This document shows, in pieces, positions 33,173 to 43,700 of a stretch of DNA of 51,777 nt (positions are counted from its first letter, which is position 1; each line of letters begins with the position of its first letter). The DNA lies in the IMG/VR virus record IMGVR_UViG_3300020042_005180, positions 1-51,777 of that record. One strand, 5' to 3'. The stretch comes from a virus (taxonomy: Duplodnaviria; Caudoviricetes). A program made the translations under genes and the position numbers. Below the pieces are notes generated by a model. The model was not told where the DNA came from. It saw nothing but the letters and a program-made list of their open reading frames with translations, and did not search any database.

Positions 33173-34570
33173 TTATTTTTTATTTCTTTCTGAATAAATA
33201 GTGTTGATCCATTTTCTCCACTTCTCTTGTCCTGTTGCACTACCATATCCAAATAGATCGCCCATTTCTATAACACTTTTGAAATATCTAGATGGTAAAT
33301 CCTTTTCATTATCTGGCTTTAATCCTAGTCCTTTATTCTTATCATAAACAAATTGTTTACCACCACTTAAGCTTGATAACTTGCTGAAATTACCACCTGT
33401 AAATGCGTCATATGCTTCTTGTACAACTGATGGTATTTCATTGTCATCATCTTTATTGCCGCCGCCGCCGCCGCCGCTGCCGCCGCTATAGTTGGGTTCA
33501 TCTTCTGACTTTTGATATCCTATCTGAGACTTTATTTTATCCATTATTATATCCGCAGCTACCTTTCTTTGTTCTTTTGTTATCATAGGTTGATATACCC
33601 CACTGCCATCAGGAGCAACTAGTATCATTTGTTTTTCAAATGTGGAATATAATTTTTTAATTTCTTCTTCTGTATACGCTTCCCCCCCAAATTCAGATCT
33701 TGTCTGTTTTTCAACATCAATCATAGCCGATATCTTTGAATTTTTTTCTTCCTCAGTTCTATACCAGTCATAATTTTCAGTTGGATATTTAGCTAATACT
33801 TGATTTACCCACCTATCATTGTTTAGTACAAGGTTCTGTAGACTAATAACTGCTTTTTGTGTAGCTTCATTAGCTAGTGGATCTGTAATTGTTGATTTGC
33901 CATTTTCTGTTGTATATTCAGCCAACCCCTTTGTTCCATTTGATATAATAGTCTCAAAGTTTACTGTATTGTCATAGAAATTATTAGGCACTGCATATCT
34001 AAATGTGGGTGTCATACTAGTTGGATCTATATTACCGTCTTTGTCAAATTTTGCAATATAAGGCTCGCCTGTGTTTGCATCAAAGTATATCTTTTTATTT
34101 GCTAGTTCTCCTAATTCAGTATGAATCATAGATAGATATTGCTCATATTCAGATCCATCTGACAGACCAGTCGTTTGATCTGGAGTTTGCCTTTTCATAA
34201 ATTCTGCGTTAGCATTGTCATATGTCTTAGCTGAGTTAGCAAGAGTACTCCACTTGCTCTGCAAGTTGTTTACTCTTCTTTTAAAACCTTGAGGACTCAA
34301 TGTGCGAGCCTTTACCTCTGCGGTCCATTTTGCTATTTGTTCCCTTCCAGCATCGGATCCAGAAAACATTAAATTATTAAAAGTTTGCGAGCTATACAAT
34401 TGATCCTTACTCATTAAATCATTTGCCTTAGTCGTCAAAAGATCTATTGCTTCCTTATTTTCTTGTCTGTTAGTGCCTATCGTATTAACCTTATTGATCA
34501 GGTCAGTAGTTATTGTGCCCCAGTCTACGGCAGCTGTTGGTATATATGAACTATAATTTTCTTGGGCCAT
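33173..34570 (-). CDS. Putative internal virion/ejection protein
   Basis: 465 aa, VDWG N-terminal motif, poly-Gly linker; position in module. Confidence 0.7.
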   Translation of the reverse strand: MAQENYSSYIPTAAVDWGTITTDLINKVNTIGTNRQENKEAIDLLTTKANDLMSKDQLYSSQTFNNLMFSGSDAGREQIAKWTAEVKARTLSPQGFKRRVNNLQSKWSTLANSAKTYDNANAEFMKRQTPDQTTGLSDGSEYEQYLSMIHTELGELANKKIYFDANTGEPYIAKFDKDGNIDPTSMTPTFRYAVPNNFYDNTVNFETIISNGTKGLAEYTTENGKSTITDPLANEATQKAVISLQNLVLNNDRWVNQVLAKYPTENYDWYRTEEEKNSKISAMIDVEKQTRSEFGGEAYTEEEIKKLYSTFEKQMILVAPDGSGVYQPMITKEQRKVAADIIMDKIKSQIGYQKSEDEPNYSGGSGGGGGGNKDDDNEIPSVVQEAYDAFTGGNFSKLSSLSGGKQFVYDKNKGLGLKPDNEKDLPSRYFKSVIEMGDLFGYGSATGQEKWRKWINTIYSERNKK

Positions 34571-34591
34571 GTTATTATTTTATTATAAATA

Positions 34592-35221
34592 TTAAGTATA
34601 TTGTTCATATCCAAGTATATCTCCAGCCAAGTCCCCACTACCATCTTTATTATCCTTCATGCTTTTATAAGATCCTGGCTCTATTTCTTCAGCTACACCC
34701 ATCAATGCCGATCCAGCAGACGTAGCTATTCCTTTAATAGCAGCTGTTTTCCTAGCGGCTGCCTCAGATCTTCTTAGCTCAGCGTCTTGCTTTTCTCCCA
34801 TTCCTATTTTGAAATCCATTTCTGTTTGTCTTTGATTAATACCCTGCTGTGCATTTGCCTGTTCTAAGTCTCTATCGTATTGAGCCTTCTGTCCAGCAGC
34901 AGCTAACTGTAGATCTTGATCAGCTCCAGCCTTGGCAACCTGTCCAACAGCTCCAATTACACCAGCAGCTCCAGCTCCTTGTATAGCGTTAAGTGCTGAT
35001 ATATCTCTTTCTGATGCTGCTTGCTGTGCTAAGTCAAATCCTAGTGTAGGAACCTGAACATTTTTAAATGCATTCTGTTCTTTGTTGATAGCCTTAAGTT
35101 TCCTTGAGGCTGTTTCAGAGTCCTTAGCAAATGTTTTCATATCCTTGTTTGCCTTGCCTGCTTGAGCGGCACTAAGTCCTAAACCACCTAGTGCTATTAC
35201 TGCTGATGTTACTGCTGCCAT
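34592..35221 (-). CDS. Putative small ejection (pilot) protein
   Basis: Ala/Gly/Gln-rich with hydrophobic N-terminus; follows the acetyltransferase as in many podoviruses. Confidence 0.7.
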   Translation of the reverse strand: MAAVTSAVIALGGLGLSAAQAGKANKDMKTFAKDSETASRKLKAINKEQNAFKNVQVPTLGFDLAQQAASERDISALNAIQGAGAAGVIGAVGQVAKAGADQDLQLAAAGQKAQYDRDLEQANAQQGINQRQTEMDFKIGMGEKQDAELRRSEAAARKTAAIKGIATSAGSALMGVAEEIEPGSYKSMKDNKDGSGDLAGDILGYEQYT

Positions 35222-35694
35222 TTTTTTTTATTTAAAAATAAGACCTGTATAAGTCTTGATGATTTGTCAACACCAAAGTTACTAAAAATATTCCGACTAT
35301 GGTATAGGGATGAATCAAAAATAAACATTCTGTTAAACTTAGATCTTACGTCTACCATCTTGTCTTCACAATCATATATCGTTGTGCCATCATCACTTGG
35401 ATGGTCACGACTTAAATATAAGATACAGGTTATCTCTCCCATTATTTCATCGTTGTGTATGTTGTTTGGTTCTATCTGACCATAAGGAGACATCCTAGCG
35501 AAGTTATGAGCCACATCGTAATCAGGCAAAACGCCATGTATTAACTCTTGTACCTCATCATCTCTCACCTGTATATTTCTAAATATACCAGACTCTGATT
35601 GATAATCAATAAATTCATTTTTAAATATATCTTCTACATGGCCGTGTGGATCTTCTAAGAAGTCATCTATCACGATAAAATTATTTATCTTCAT
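35209..35694 (-). CDS. 2OG-Fe(II) oxygenase superfamily protein
   Basis: VIDDFL, HND, ILYL, GTT, FNRMFIFDS, YHS, RLIQV. Confidence 0.85.
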   Translation of the reverse strand: MKINNFIVIDDFLEDPHGHVEDIFKNEFIDYQSESGIFRNIQVRDDEVQELIHGVLPDYDVAHNFARMSPYGQIEPNNIHNDEIMGEITCILYLSRDHPSDDGTTIYDCEDKMVDVRSKFNRMFIFDSSLYHSRNIFSNFGVDKSSRLIQVLFLNKKKWQQ

Positions 35695-36092
35695 ATCACC
35701 ATGATCATTTCAGTGCAACTAGTACTGCCAGACTTAAATCCACAATTTTCATATCTCTTTATAAGACTCGGACTCTTTAATGACGTGTATATGTACTTGC
35801 ACTTGTTTACATCTCTTGTTACATCTACGAGCGAAGATATTAAGAACTCTAGAGCCTGCTTCCTATCTTTTTCTTTGTAGTTGAAGTTTGAGACTATGAA
35901 CTCTATCCATGCCGTCTTTGAGTTTGTGAAGTATATAAATCCAGCGCATATGTCTACGCCATCCTTAGAAACCATCAAACCACCTGTCCCATCTTGTGGG
36001 AGCATGTCCCTTGGAGGTGCATCCCATCTCCAATCTTTCCACCAGTCGACTAGTATTTCGTAGTCGCTCTCTATTAAGTACCTTACATCCAT
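35691..36092 (-). CDS. GNAT-like acetyltransferase
   Basis: LVDWW, ICAGFIY, AWIEFIVSN, RYENCGF; TAAATTTG box at 36096-36103. Confidence 0.7.
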   Translation of the reverse strand: MDVRYLIESDYEILVDWWKDWRWDAPPRDMLPQDGTGGLMVSKDGVDICAGFIYFTNSKTAWIEFIVSNFNYKEKDRKQALEFLISSLVDVTRDVNKCKYIYTSLKSPSLIKRYENCGFKSGSTSCTEMIMVI

Positions 36093-36100
36093 AAACAAAT

Positions 36101-36910
36101 TTACATATAACTTTTGAAAACTGACGTTCCAACAGCAAATAATTCTGTCTCTGTGGTTATTGTAACTGGAAGAGATAACGTAATGTCTAGGTAGTAACCC
36201 CTAACACCGTATGACTGTGCAAGCGGATCCGATATACATACTAGATATTGATTTACTAATGCACCAGGAACCGTAACAGTAGACTGTATTAGATATACCT
36301 CTCCTTGATTAGATGTAAACTGAAGTTCACCCAGATACACAAGTGTACTGCCAGTTAGCGTATATACACTTGATCCATATGGATATGTTGTGGTAAAGTT
36401 AGGTGTTGTGTTACTTAAAGATACAATATATGAAAATACAGGACCAAAAGGGTTTGGAATTACGGTTGATATTATACCCATACCTCGTACATAATTTGCC
36501 GATGCATCTATTTGACTAATATTATTAAGTAGTGATAAATTTACTGGATTGTATCGTATAAATGAATACCATTCATTCTCCTTTAGTTCAAACCAATCCC
36601 TTGATATATTACCGTCTTGAAGGTCTGTAATTAAGTCTACGTTCCAGCTATTATTTGAGTCAAGAGCTATAGACTTGAACATCTTTACGCTTGTTGGTTC
36701 GTTATTAAATATAGTCTGGACACTACACCCATAGGCAGTACTGTTATAGTACGTAGTCCTTGGAAATGTGTCGTCATTGTGTCTGTACAAGTTGCCCTGA
36801 TTAAACGTATAGAAATTACTATTAAGGCATACCATCCATTCAGGTATGTAAGACCAAAATGAAGTCCAGCCAGCAACATTCTCAGAATACGAAACAGTTA
36901 TAGGATCCAT
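36101..36910 (-). CDS. Tail protein; corresponds to the C-terminal part of a stabilisation/muzzle protein
   Basis: TVSYSE..GWTSFWSY.PE...FYTF..G.LYRHN...KENEWY...GVRGYY...ELFAV; TAAATTTG box at 36915-36922. Confidence 0.7.
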   Translation of the reverse strand: MDPITVSYSENVAGWTSFWSYIPEWMVCLNSNFYTFNQGNLYRHNDDTFPRTTYYNSTAYGCSVQTIFNNEPTSVKMFKSIALDSNNSWNVDLITDLQDGNISRDWFELKENEWYSFIRYNPVNLSLLNNISQIDASANYVRGMGIISTVIPNPFGPVFSYIVSLSNTTPNFTTTYPYGSSVYTLTGSTLVYLGELQFTSNQGEVYLIQSTVTVPGALVNQYLVCISDPLAQSYGVRGYYLDITLSLPVTITTETELFAVGTSVFKSYM

Positions 36911-36929
36911 AGTACAAATTTACAAAAAA

Positions 36930-37850
36930 TTACTCAAGGCAGCTATCGATAGATTTTAATAGCTTATAGTACATATAAGAACACCTGTCAGGCAAAACAT
37001 TTAGTTCTTCTTTAAATGGATACTTGTCCATGTATCCTGCCTTACAAAACATACCAGACTTACTATTCATTACCCCTGCGTTATGAAAGAAGTTAACATC
37101 TTCCCACCTTGATATAGGACATGTGGCCCAACAAAAATCAAACTCACTAGGTACAATAACGTTATGACCAAGCTTCCACCCAATCCAAAGCTCTGCCCAC
37201 ATGCTAGCTGTCCAAGCCTGTATTCCATATTGGTCTCCCTCCTTTCTTACGTGTTGCTTGTCCATTAAGACACTGTACAGCTTTAAGGAACACTCCTCTA
37301 CCTGCTCCCAGTACTCGTGGTCTATATTTTTAAATAACTTCTGTGCTCCTCCGCTATTCTTTTGGTTGTTTTTAACAACATCTTTATCTATACCAATTGT
37401 TTCACACATCGCATCTAATACCTCCTCCCCCTTGCTCATTATGTATTCGTATCCTATGTAGCTTATGGTATCAGAGAAGTACCAATTATCGTCACTTAAG
37501 AACTTAGAGAAGTCAAAGTACTTAGTAAACAAGAAGTCAGCATCATGAAAAAATATAGCGTCTCTCTTTAGGTATGGGTGAGCCTTAAAATGTTTCTTTA
37601 ATAGGTGACCCTGTATTGCTGGGAGGTAGTTACACTCTCCCATCGTGTCTTCATAAAAGAAAAACCTAGCCTTTGGAAACCTCTCCTTTAGCTTTATCCA
37701 CGAATCAGGTATATCTTCCTGATAACCTGCGACAACGTCTATATGGTTTTCCTTATATCCAAGGCTCAAGAAGTTGTGTATGTACACCTCTACCTGCCAA
37801 GAATAATAATCTATTGCTGGCTGTGCAGATAAAAATCTTAGTCTCTTCAT
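36930..37850 (-). CDS. GT-A fold glycosyltransferase-like protein
   Basis: FFHDADFLF (DxD), GGAQ, AWTASMW, FFHNAG; coupled to the upstream gene by TAATG overlap. Confidence 0.75.
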   Translation of the reverse strand: MKRLRFLSAQPAIDYYSWQVEVYIHNFLSLGYKENHIDVVAGYQEDIPDSWIKLKERFPKARFFFYEDTMGECNYLPAIQGHLLKKHFKAHPYLKRDAIFFHDADFLFTKYFDFSKFLSDDNWYFSDTISYIGYEYIMSKGEEVLDAMCETIGIDKDVVKNNQKNSGGAQKLFKNIDHEYWEQVEECSLKLYSVLMDKQHVRKEGDQYGIQAWTASMWAELWIGWKLGHNVIVPSEFDFCWATCPISRWEDVNFFHNAGVMNSKSGMFCKAGYMDKYPFKEELNVLPDRCSYMYYKLLKSIDSCLE

Positions 37851-40696
37851 TAACAAATCTTAGTATTTCCAGTCCACATAGATCCGTCCCACTCATACGC
37901 AACAGACCCATCAAACAGCATGTAGTAATTTGCTGGAGCTAAGAACAATCCAAGAGCGTCTGTGTATATATACACCCCAGTCAATCCGAATGGTCCGCTA
38001 ATATAGTACAATGATATTGTACCAGTACACACGCCACTATACACGTCAGCCCTACACATCACATCTGTCAGTGGTGGTGTAGTAGTTGTCGTTGTCGTTG
38101 TCGTTGTTGTAGTCGTAGTAGTTGTAGTTGTTGTAGTTGACGTAGTAATACCTATGCAGTCAGCGCAGTTGTTATACTGAAAGAATATAGTTCCGTCAAT
38201 AACACCTGGAACCGTAACAGACATTATCTGATAACACTCACCAGAAGTATCCTTTACTATATTTCCGATATCAAGACCAGTTAGATTCTGATAATCTAGC
38301 AAGTATGTAGGACCACCTAGGTCTGTACATTTCTCGCCATAATAATAAAAGAACGGCATTGTCGTTGTTGTCGTTGTTGTTGTAACACCTGAACATGCGT
38401 CACGCTGCAATACTTGACCCGTATTGGCTATGTTAAGTGCATACAATGTACCCCCATCATCTGCATAGTACCACAGGTACACACCATTAAATAAATTAGC
38501 ACCCAACGCATCCGAGTAAACAAAATCGTTTACTGATGGAATTGGGTTTGCTCCATTATGGTACATAGTTATAAGAGAAGGTGTTATGGTACACGCATTA
38601 AAGTTAGATGTCACACCAGTAATGTCCATACTAAATGGAGTAATCACTGGAGCTGTTGTAGTTGTAGTTGTAGTTGTAGTTGTAGTTGTGCCAGTGCATG
38701 TCGAACAGCCTGAATATAAAACAACTGGATTTTCTATCTCATAATATGGAAAGCCTCCAATAGATGTTGCCGTTATGCTCCAGCAGTTACCGTCTGTAGT
38801 CTTAACTACATCTAGAACTGATATACCAGACATAGTAGCATCTAATAATGTTACAGATAAAGTTGGATCTGAACAAGACGTTGCCTCAAAGTAATCACCA
38901 GCTGGTAGTGTAGTAGTGGTAGTAGTTGATGTAGTCGTAGTACTGCCAGGGCACACCGATATTTCGTTTACGTATCCATTTGAGTCAACCTTTATCACAT
39001 AGTCTGACTTGTCTATATAGTACCACTTATTACCACCAATAAGGAATTCTTCTCCGTTTCTATCTAAAAATATTTGATCTCCCTTTACTGGAACCAATCC
39101 TGTGCCATTAAAATAAGACAGTGTAAACGATGGCGTTATACTGCAACAGTCGGCAGATGTCTTTTTAAATTGTTCTATATCTATCAATAATGGATTGTAA
39201 TCACTTGACTGACCGATGTATACGTTTATTACCCTTGACTCACTATCTCCAAAGCAATTTGTAGCAATTAAATTTAATGGAAAGTTGGTAGCCTCATCTA
39301 CAGATCCATATAGTACCCCACCTTCAAATAAAATTCCAGAAGGTAAAACAGTAGAGTTACATGAACCATTATCGGATACTAATCCACTACCTCGTATAAT
39401 AGTTGGAGCTGATGGTGCACATATTGTCACATCAAATCCTTGTGAAACTGTTATATTCTTTGAATTTCCATCACAGTCAGTATACTCAAATAATGTAGAG
39501 TCAGTTCCTCCTGTTAAAATATACTGAAGACACGTAGTGTCAACGGTCCATGATGTTGGAGAATTAGTAACACTTATTGGTATATTTACGTTTGTATTTA
39601 TATTAAAGTATATGTCCTCTTGGTATATAAATGGTACCGCAAATTCAGGACAGTTACATGCATATATAGATGTCACTATTCCTGCACCACTTACTAGAAG
39701 ATACGTCTTATCTATAGGTGTTGGGACAACACATATAGAGGTATCAACCATGTGGAATGCATCGTTGCCATTAAATACTGATAGTCCATCAGACGTTGTG
39801 TATATGGTATCACCTGACACTGGAAGTAATTCTGAGCCATTATGATAGTACATGTCTAAAGGACACTGAGTACACACATCAGCATCTGTACCATCAGTTA
39901 TGTCTATCCAGAAGCTATTTAAATATGTTGGTATCTTATTTACAATCCATACTGAGCTAGTAGAAATTGGAGACGAAACTATGATTGTGGCATCGTCAAA
40001 TCCAGTTCCAGCAGCAAATTTTTTAAATAAAAGACTCCCATTACCATTATTTACTAGTCCATCATACGGTGCCTGAAGCACTATATTTGAAGGATCTACG
40101 CCATCAGATATTAAGGCATTGTAGTTTGCTAATGAATTTAGTCCTACGTACTGTGAGTCAGCAACAATAGCACCATTCCACATTATTTGAAATCTAGTAG
40201 GGTAATCTATTGCGTTATATTTTATTCCTGTTATTCCAATATCTCCTCCTAGTGGAAACGATATAGACCTATCTGATGTTTCACCCCTAAAAGACACGGT
40301 ACCTGTACCAATGTTGTCAGAATAGTCCCACAATAAATAAAGATATTCATAGTTATTTGGATTAACAAATGTAAATGTTCCCTCATATAATCCTGTTGTA
40401 TATATAACAGGTATCTCTGTTGCTAGAGATATTATTATGTCTTGACTTGACTGATCGTAAAGTTGGTCTGATACCAAATAATATAATTTATTATTTAGAG
40501 TAGGAACTAGCTGTGTAAATGACCCAGATGGATCACCAGATTTAACTGTTACAATTGATCCATTAGACGGCATATAATCAACCCCTCCAACTCCAGTCAA
40601 CGTATCAAATAGTGCAATGCTAGCATCACTAAGCACAACATTATTTATGTCGTACTGAGAACTTCCTGTATATTCAAATGATTGATTTGTATTCAT
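37850..40696 (-). CDS. Cys-rich virion surface/tail-associated protein with four poly-Thr tracts
   Basis: 948 aa; repeated YHNG..P..GD.IY.D modules, He_PIG/Ig-like segment (LPSGILF..GVLYG), Thr runs. Confidence 0.8.
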   Translation of the reverse strand: MNTNQSFEYTGSSQYDINNVVLSDASIALFDTLTGVGGVDYMPSNGSIVTVKSGDPSGSFTQLVPTLNNKLYYLVSDQLYDQSSQDIIISLATEIPVIYTTGLYEGTFTFVNPNNYEYLYLLWDYSDNIGTGTVSFRGETSDRSISFPLGGDIGITGIKYNAIDYPTRFQIMWNGAIVADSQYVGLNSLANYNALISDGVDPSNIVLQAPYDGLVNNGNGSLLFKKFAAGTGFDDATIIVSSPISTSSVWIVNKIPTYLNSFWIDITDGTDADVCTQCPLDMYYHNGSELLPVSGDTIYTTSDGLSVFNGNDAFHMVDTSICVVPTPIDKTYLLVSGAGIVTSIYACNCPEFAVPFIYQEDIYFNINTNVNIPISVTNSPTSWTVDTTCLQYILTGGTDSTLFEYTDCDGNSKNITVSQGFDVTICAPSAPTIIRGSGLVSDNGSCNSTVLPSGILFEGGVLYGSVDEATNFPLNLIATNCFGDSESRVINVYIGQSSDYNPLLIDIEQFKKTSADCCSITPSFTLSYFNGTGLVPVKGDQIFLDRNGEEFLIGGNKWYYIDKSDYVIKVDSNGYVNEISVCPGSTTTTSTTTTTTLPAGDYFEATSCSDPTLSVTLLDATMSGISVLDVVKTTDGNCWSITATSIGGFPYYEIENPVVLYSGCSTCTGTTTTTTTTTTTTAPVITPFSMDITGVTSNFNACTITPSLITMYHNGANPIPSVNDFVYSDALGANLFNGVYLWYYADDGGTLYALNIANTGQVLQRDACSGVTTTTTTTTMPFFYYYGEKCTDLGGPTYLLDYQNLTGLDIGNIVKDTSGECYQIMSVTVPGVIDGTIFFQYNNCADCIGITTSTTTTTTTTTTTTTTTTTTTTPPLTDVMCRADVYSGVCTGTISLYYISGPFGLTGVYIYTDALGLFLAPANYYMLFDGSVAYEWDGSMWTGNTKIC

Positions 40697-40700
40697 TTTA

Positions 40701-43700
40701 TTAAGAATTTGATGTTACAATATTTGTTATTCCAACAAGAGTACCACTACCCTGTGTCAATACAAACTGCTTAGATCCGCCACAATAATAGACTTCGAAT
40801 ATAACACTTCTTACTGCTCCAGTATTGTTTGGAGCTACATTACCCCATATAAGTTGATCATATCCTCCTGGAGGAAAAGAATAATTTACCCAATTTGTTC
40901 CAAATCCATTGTCAATTAATTGCATAGTCCACGTAGGCTGAGGTGTCGTTACAGCGAATAAAAATATAGCCGCACCTCCTATTGTAGCTCCAACTGATTT
41001 TTGATTTGGAAACAATGATAGCTGACAAGGTAATGATGTTTTTTGATTGGCAGAAAGTACATACGCCCTGTTGTATGGGTCATATCCACCGATCTTCTGT
41101 TTGTTTGTCATATCGATCATTAGGTCTCTGAAGTAGTCTGTCATCCCATCTGAAGATATGGTAGATATTTTATCACCTGTTAGACTTAATACAACACCTC
41201 TCTTTTCATCTGTAAAGTAAACATCAGTTCCATTACAAGCAAAACTTTCAGGGTTATTGCTTATACCGTACTCTCCTGGATATGCTATCTGATTACCAAG
41301 TACCTCTGGTATAGATGCTACCTGTCCTCCGCCTAGAGCATCAACTAGTAAGTTTTTACCATATAATACAGATGTAACTTTATCTTGATGCAATACCAAT
41401 AGATTTGAGTCTCTAGCATGTAGCTTTCTTACGGGTCCGTATTGCTTATCTAAATTCATAAAATTTGCAAGTGACAAGTTAAACTCATTTAGTCTATTTA
41501 CAGATGAGTCACCCCTAAATATTCCACTATACGTTAGTGATGCAAATTGATTTTGTTCAGAGTAGTCCTCTATTATTGTTGTAACCCTTGGGCTATATCC
41601 CATTTTTGCATTTGCATAGTCGTCTTTAATTCTATATGACTCTAGACCAGTGCCAAAACAAAATGCATTGTAGTCACTGTTAATATAGTTTGGATTATTT
41701 AATTGTATTGTAGCACCATTTGTTACACCCGTTTGATCTTTATCATTCGTATTCCATGACACACTTCCAGGTATTGTTGGTCCACCAGGGAACGGAAGGT
41801 TTATAATTATAGAGTATCTGCTAGGTATAGCAGTGATTGTGTATAATGTTGTTGGTGTTATTCCAACTGAATTTATATATATCTTGTCTCCAACAGTAAA
41901 ATAATGTGGTTGATTTTTAGCTGTCTGTGTTAACCTAGTACCACCAAAAGTGCTACCCTTCGTATTATATTGCCACCTAGATATATGCTTGTTGTTTATA
42001 ATTGGGTATGTCCTAGTCAATTCATGGAATATATCTACATCATTTTCAGATGGAACAGTTTCACACACAATAAAATCAGATGGTGCTGTTTGTGTTATTG
42101 TAAAATATGTTTCAATTACGTTTTGCTTATTATTTCCATCCCTCTTTCCTAGCCCCTTTAGAAACATTTTAACATTAGTTCCATCCCATCTATTGTATGT
42201 AAAATTAGTTGCTTCTTGATTTCCAGCAGTTGAATTATATATCTGAATATTTGCTATTGATGAATAAGGGGGATATACTTGTGTTTGTGCAGCACCAGTT
42301 GTGTTTCGAAACCATACACCACGGCTCCCAATATCATTTCCATTATTATTAACCTCTTTAAATAGAAGATACGCTCCTGACTCTATAAACCACTCCTCTA
42401 TATTATTATAGTTCTGTTGAGAAGGAGGGAATGTTTGCAACGTTGTGTATGCATTTGGATTATATTTATCTCTTTTTATTGTAATTGATATTACAGCTCC
42501 TGCATATACTGGTCCGTTACAGTTGCAGTTAACTATTGCAAAACCACCTGTTTTTTTATAGTGTGTTTCTAATAATCCAAGATCATTAGTATTTGAACTA
42601 TTAAAATAATTATTTCCATTTAAAGATCTACAATTAACAATAAATCTATCTCCAGGAGATGCAGAAAATGAAGTCCATTTAATAACAAATGCTAAGTTTG
42701 GTAAGTTAACAGCAACACCAGTTTGTCCAGAAGGTAGATTTATGTAATGTAATGTGTTTATAGTTATTGGAATATATGCTGACCAACCCGTAAAACCAGC
42801 AATATCAGAAGTATATCTGTACGTATTTCCAGGTCCTATCTGTATTGTATATCTTAAATCTATACCTCCGTAAAAACGATTTGAAAGCCCTATACCTGTA
42901 AAACCAGCAATAGCCTGAAGGCCTGGATCTTGAAAGCTAGTAATCATAGCTCCTGAACTTAATACACTGCTACCATAAAATATAGGAGATGTTGTGTACC
43001 TGTCTTGCATATTCATATATCCACCAGTACCAGCAGCATTAGAACTATTTACAAGTACGGGGACAGTATATCCTATAGCCAATGGACTACTATTTGGATT
43101 ATTCGTTCCTAGAGCTGTACCACCACAAGTTTGTGCTGTAGGAGCGATTAAAAATAAGTCGCCTGAATCAATTTTAATCTTAAAATATAAACCCTCTAAA
43201 GCGTTAGGTATAAATAATGCTGGCTTTTGTTCTAGCTCAAGTATCTTAAACTGTTTATTTGAATGAGTCGCACCACCAGTAGCTGTTTTAAAAATTAAAT
43301 ATCCGCCAACCTTAAATTTGTCTCTATCTGATTCGTTAATCAAAAAGTATCTAAATGATCCACTTGCATAAAATGACCTTGGGAATATATTATAGTATGT
43401 CTGTTTTGCCTGTTTTATTACAAGTCTATAGTTTGTGGCCCAGCAAGGAGGAAAGTTTTTTATTTCAACTAATAAACTATTTGCTGTGTCAGAGTTTAAT
43501 GGTGGAATATATACAGCATTGCTGCCATTATTTGTAACGTTACTATTTGTAGACGTTAGTGCCGTTGTCATGCGTCCATAGTCATCACCGTATATAATAC
43601 CTACCTCGTAATCCCTGTCACTTCTAAATGTAGGTCTTGGTATTATTGAACCAAAAGTAGGATCTATAGGAAGAATTGTAGGTATATAGTTGACAGTAAA

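Noticed and set aside
38078-38941. Microsatellite or diversity-generating repeats
   Set aside because: Mixed Thr codons indicate a protein-level repeat; no reverse transcriptase or template/variable repeat pair was seen.
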